From IMG/VR virus record IMGVR_UViG_3300037631_001884, positions 1-25,361 of that record: 25,361 nucleotides of DNA. The stretch is one strand, 5' to 3'. A program made the position numbers and the translations under genes. Of this stretch, positions 25,288-25,361 are shown piece by piece. The stretch's first letter is position 1. Each line of letters opens with the position of its first letter. Under the pieces are notes generated by a model. That model was not told the origin of the DNA and did not search any database. It saw nothing but the letters and a program-made list of their open reading frames with translations. The DNA is from a virus. Its lineage: Duplodnaviria; Caudoviricetes.

Positions 25288-25361
25288 AGTACGTTAAGCT
25301 ATGTTATGTAAAGCATAGGTACACGTGTGTATGTGTAACGAGCTGTGTTGGAAGGTCGAAC

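Noticed and set aside
24811-25361. CRISPR array, tRNA or protein-coding gene in the right-hand non-coding region
   Set aside because: There is no regular repeat-spacer pattern, no cloverleaf with a T-loop motif, and no convincing ORF; only short repeats and hairpins.

Overview
The window is the virion morphogenesis (late) module of a tailed dsDNA phage of the crAss-like (Crassvirales-related) type, most likely infecting a Bacteroidota/Flavobacteriia host. Almost every gene is on the minus strand, tightly packed with TAATG/TGATG/GTGA overlaps and A-rich, SD-less start regions. From right to left it holds a ~550 bp non-coding end region, small basic/cargo-like proteins, a DUF5675-like putative lysin, a LamG lectin protein, one lone plus-strand winged-HTH gene, a tandem-GroES co-chaperonin, a putative TerS, HNH-like and Zn-ribbon genes, TerL, portal, fibre/decoration genes, scaffold, major capsid protein, ring/tail-tube proteins and a truncated muzzle/tail-stabilisation gene. 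The standard genetic code fits. Most notable: (1) a recurring TAnnTTTGC (-7) promoter motif sits exactly 4 nt before the ATG of four genes, implying leaderless late mRNAs, plus a leaderless 4-codon mini-ORF coupled to the portal start; (2) a shared [YF]-x-x-G-G tag in many small basic proteins; (3) paired C-GNA-G triloop DNA hairpins on opposite strands in the non-coding end; (4) a start-less reading frame overlapping the end of the fibre gene (frameshift or deletion). Family assignments come from motif recognition only; no searches were run.
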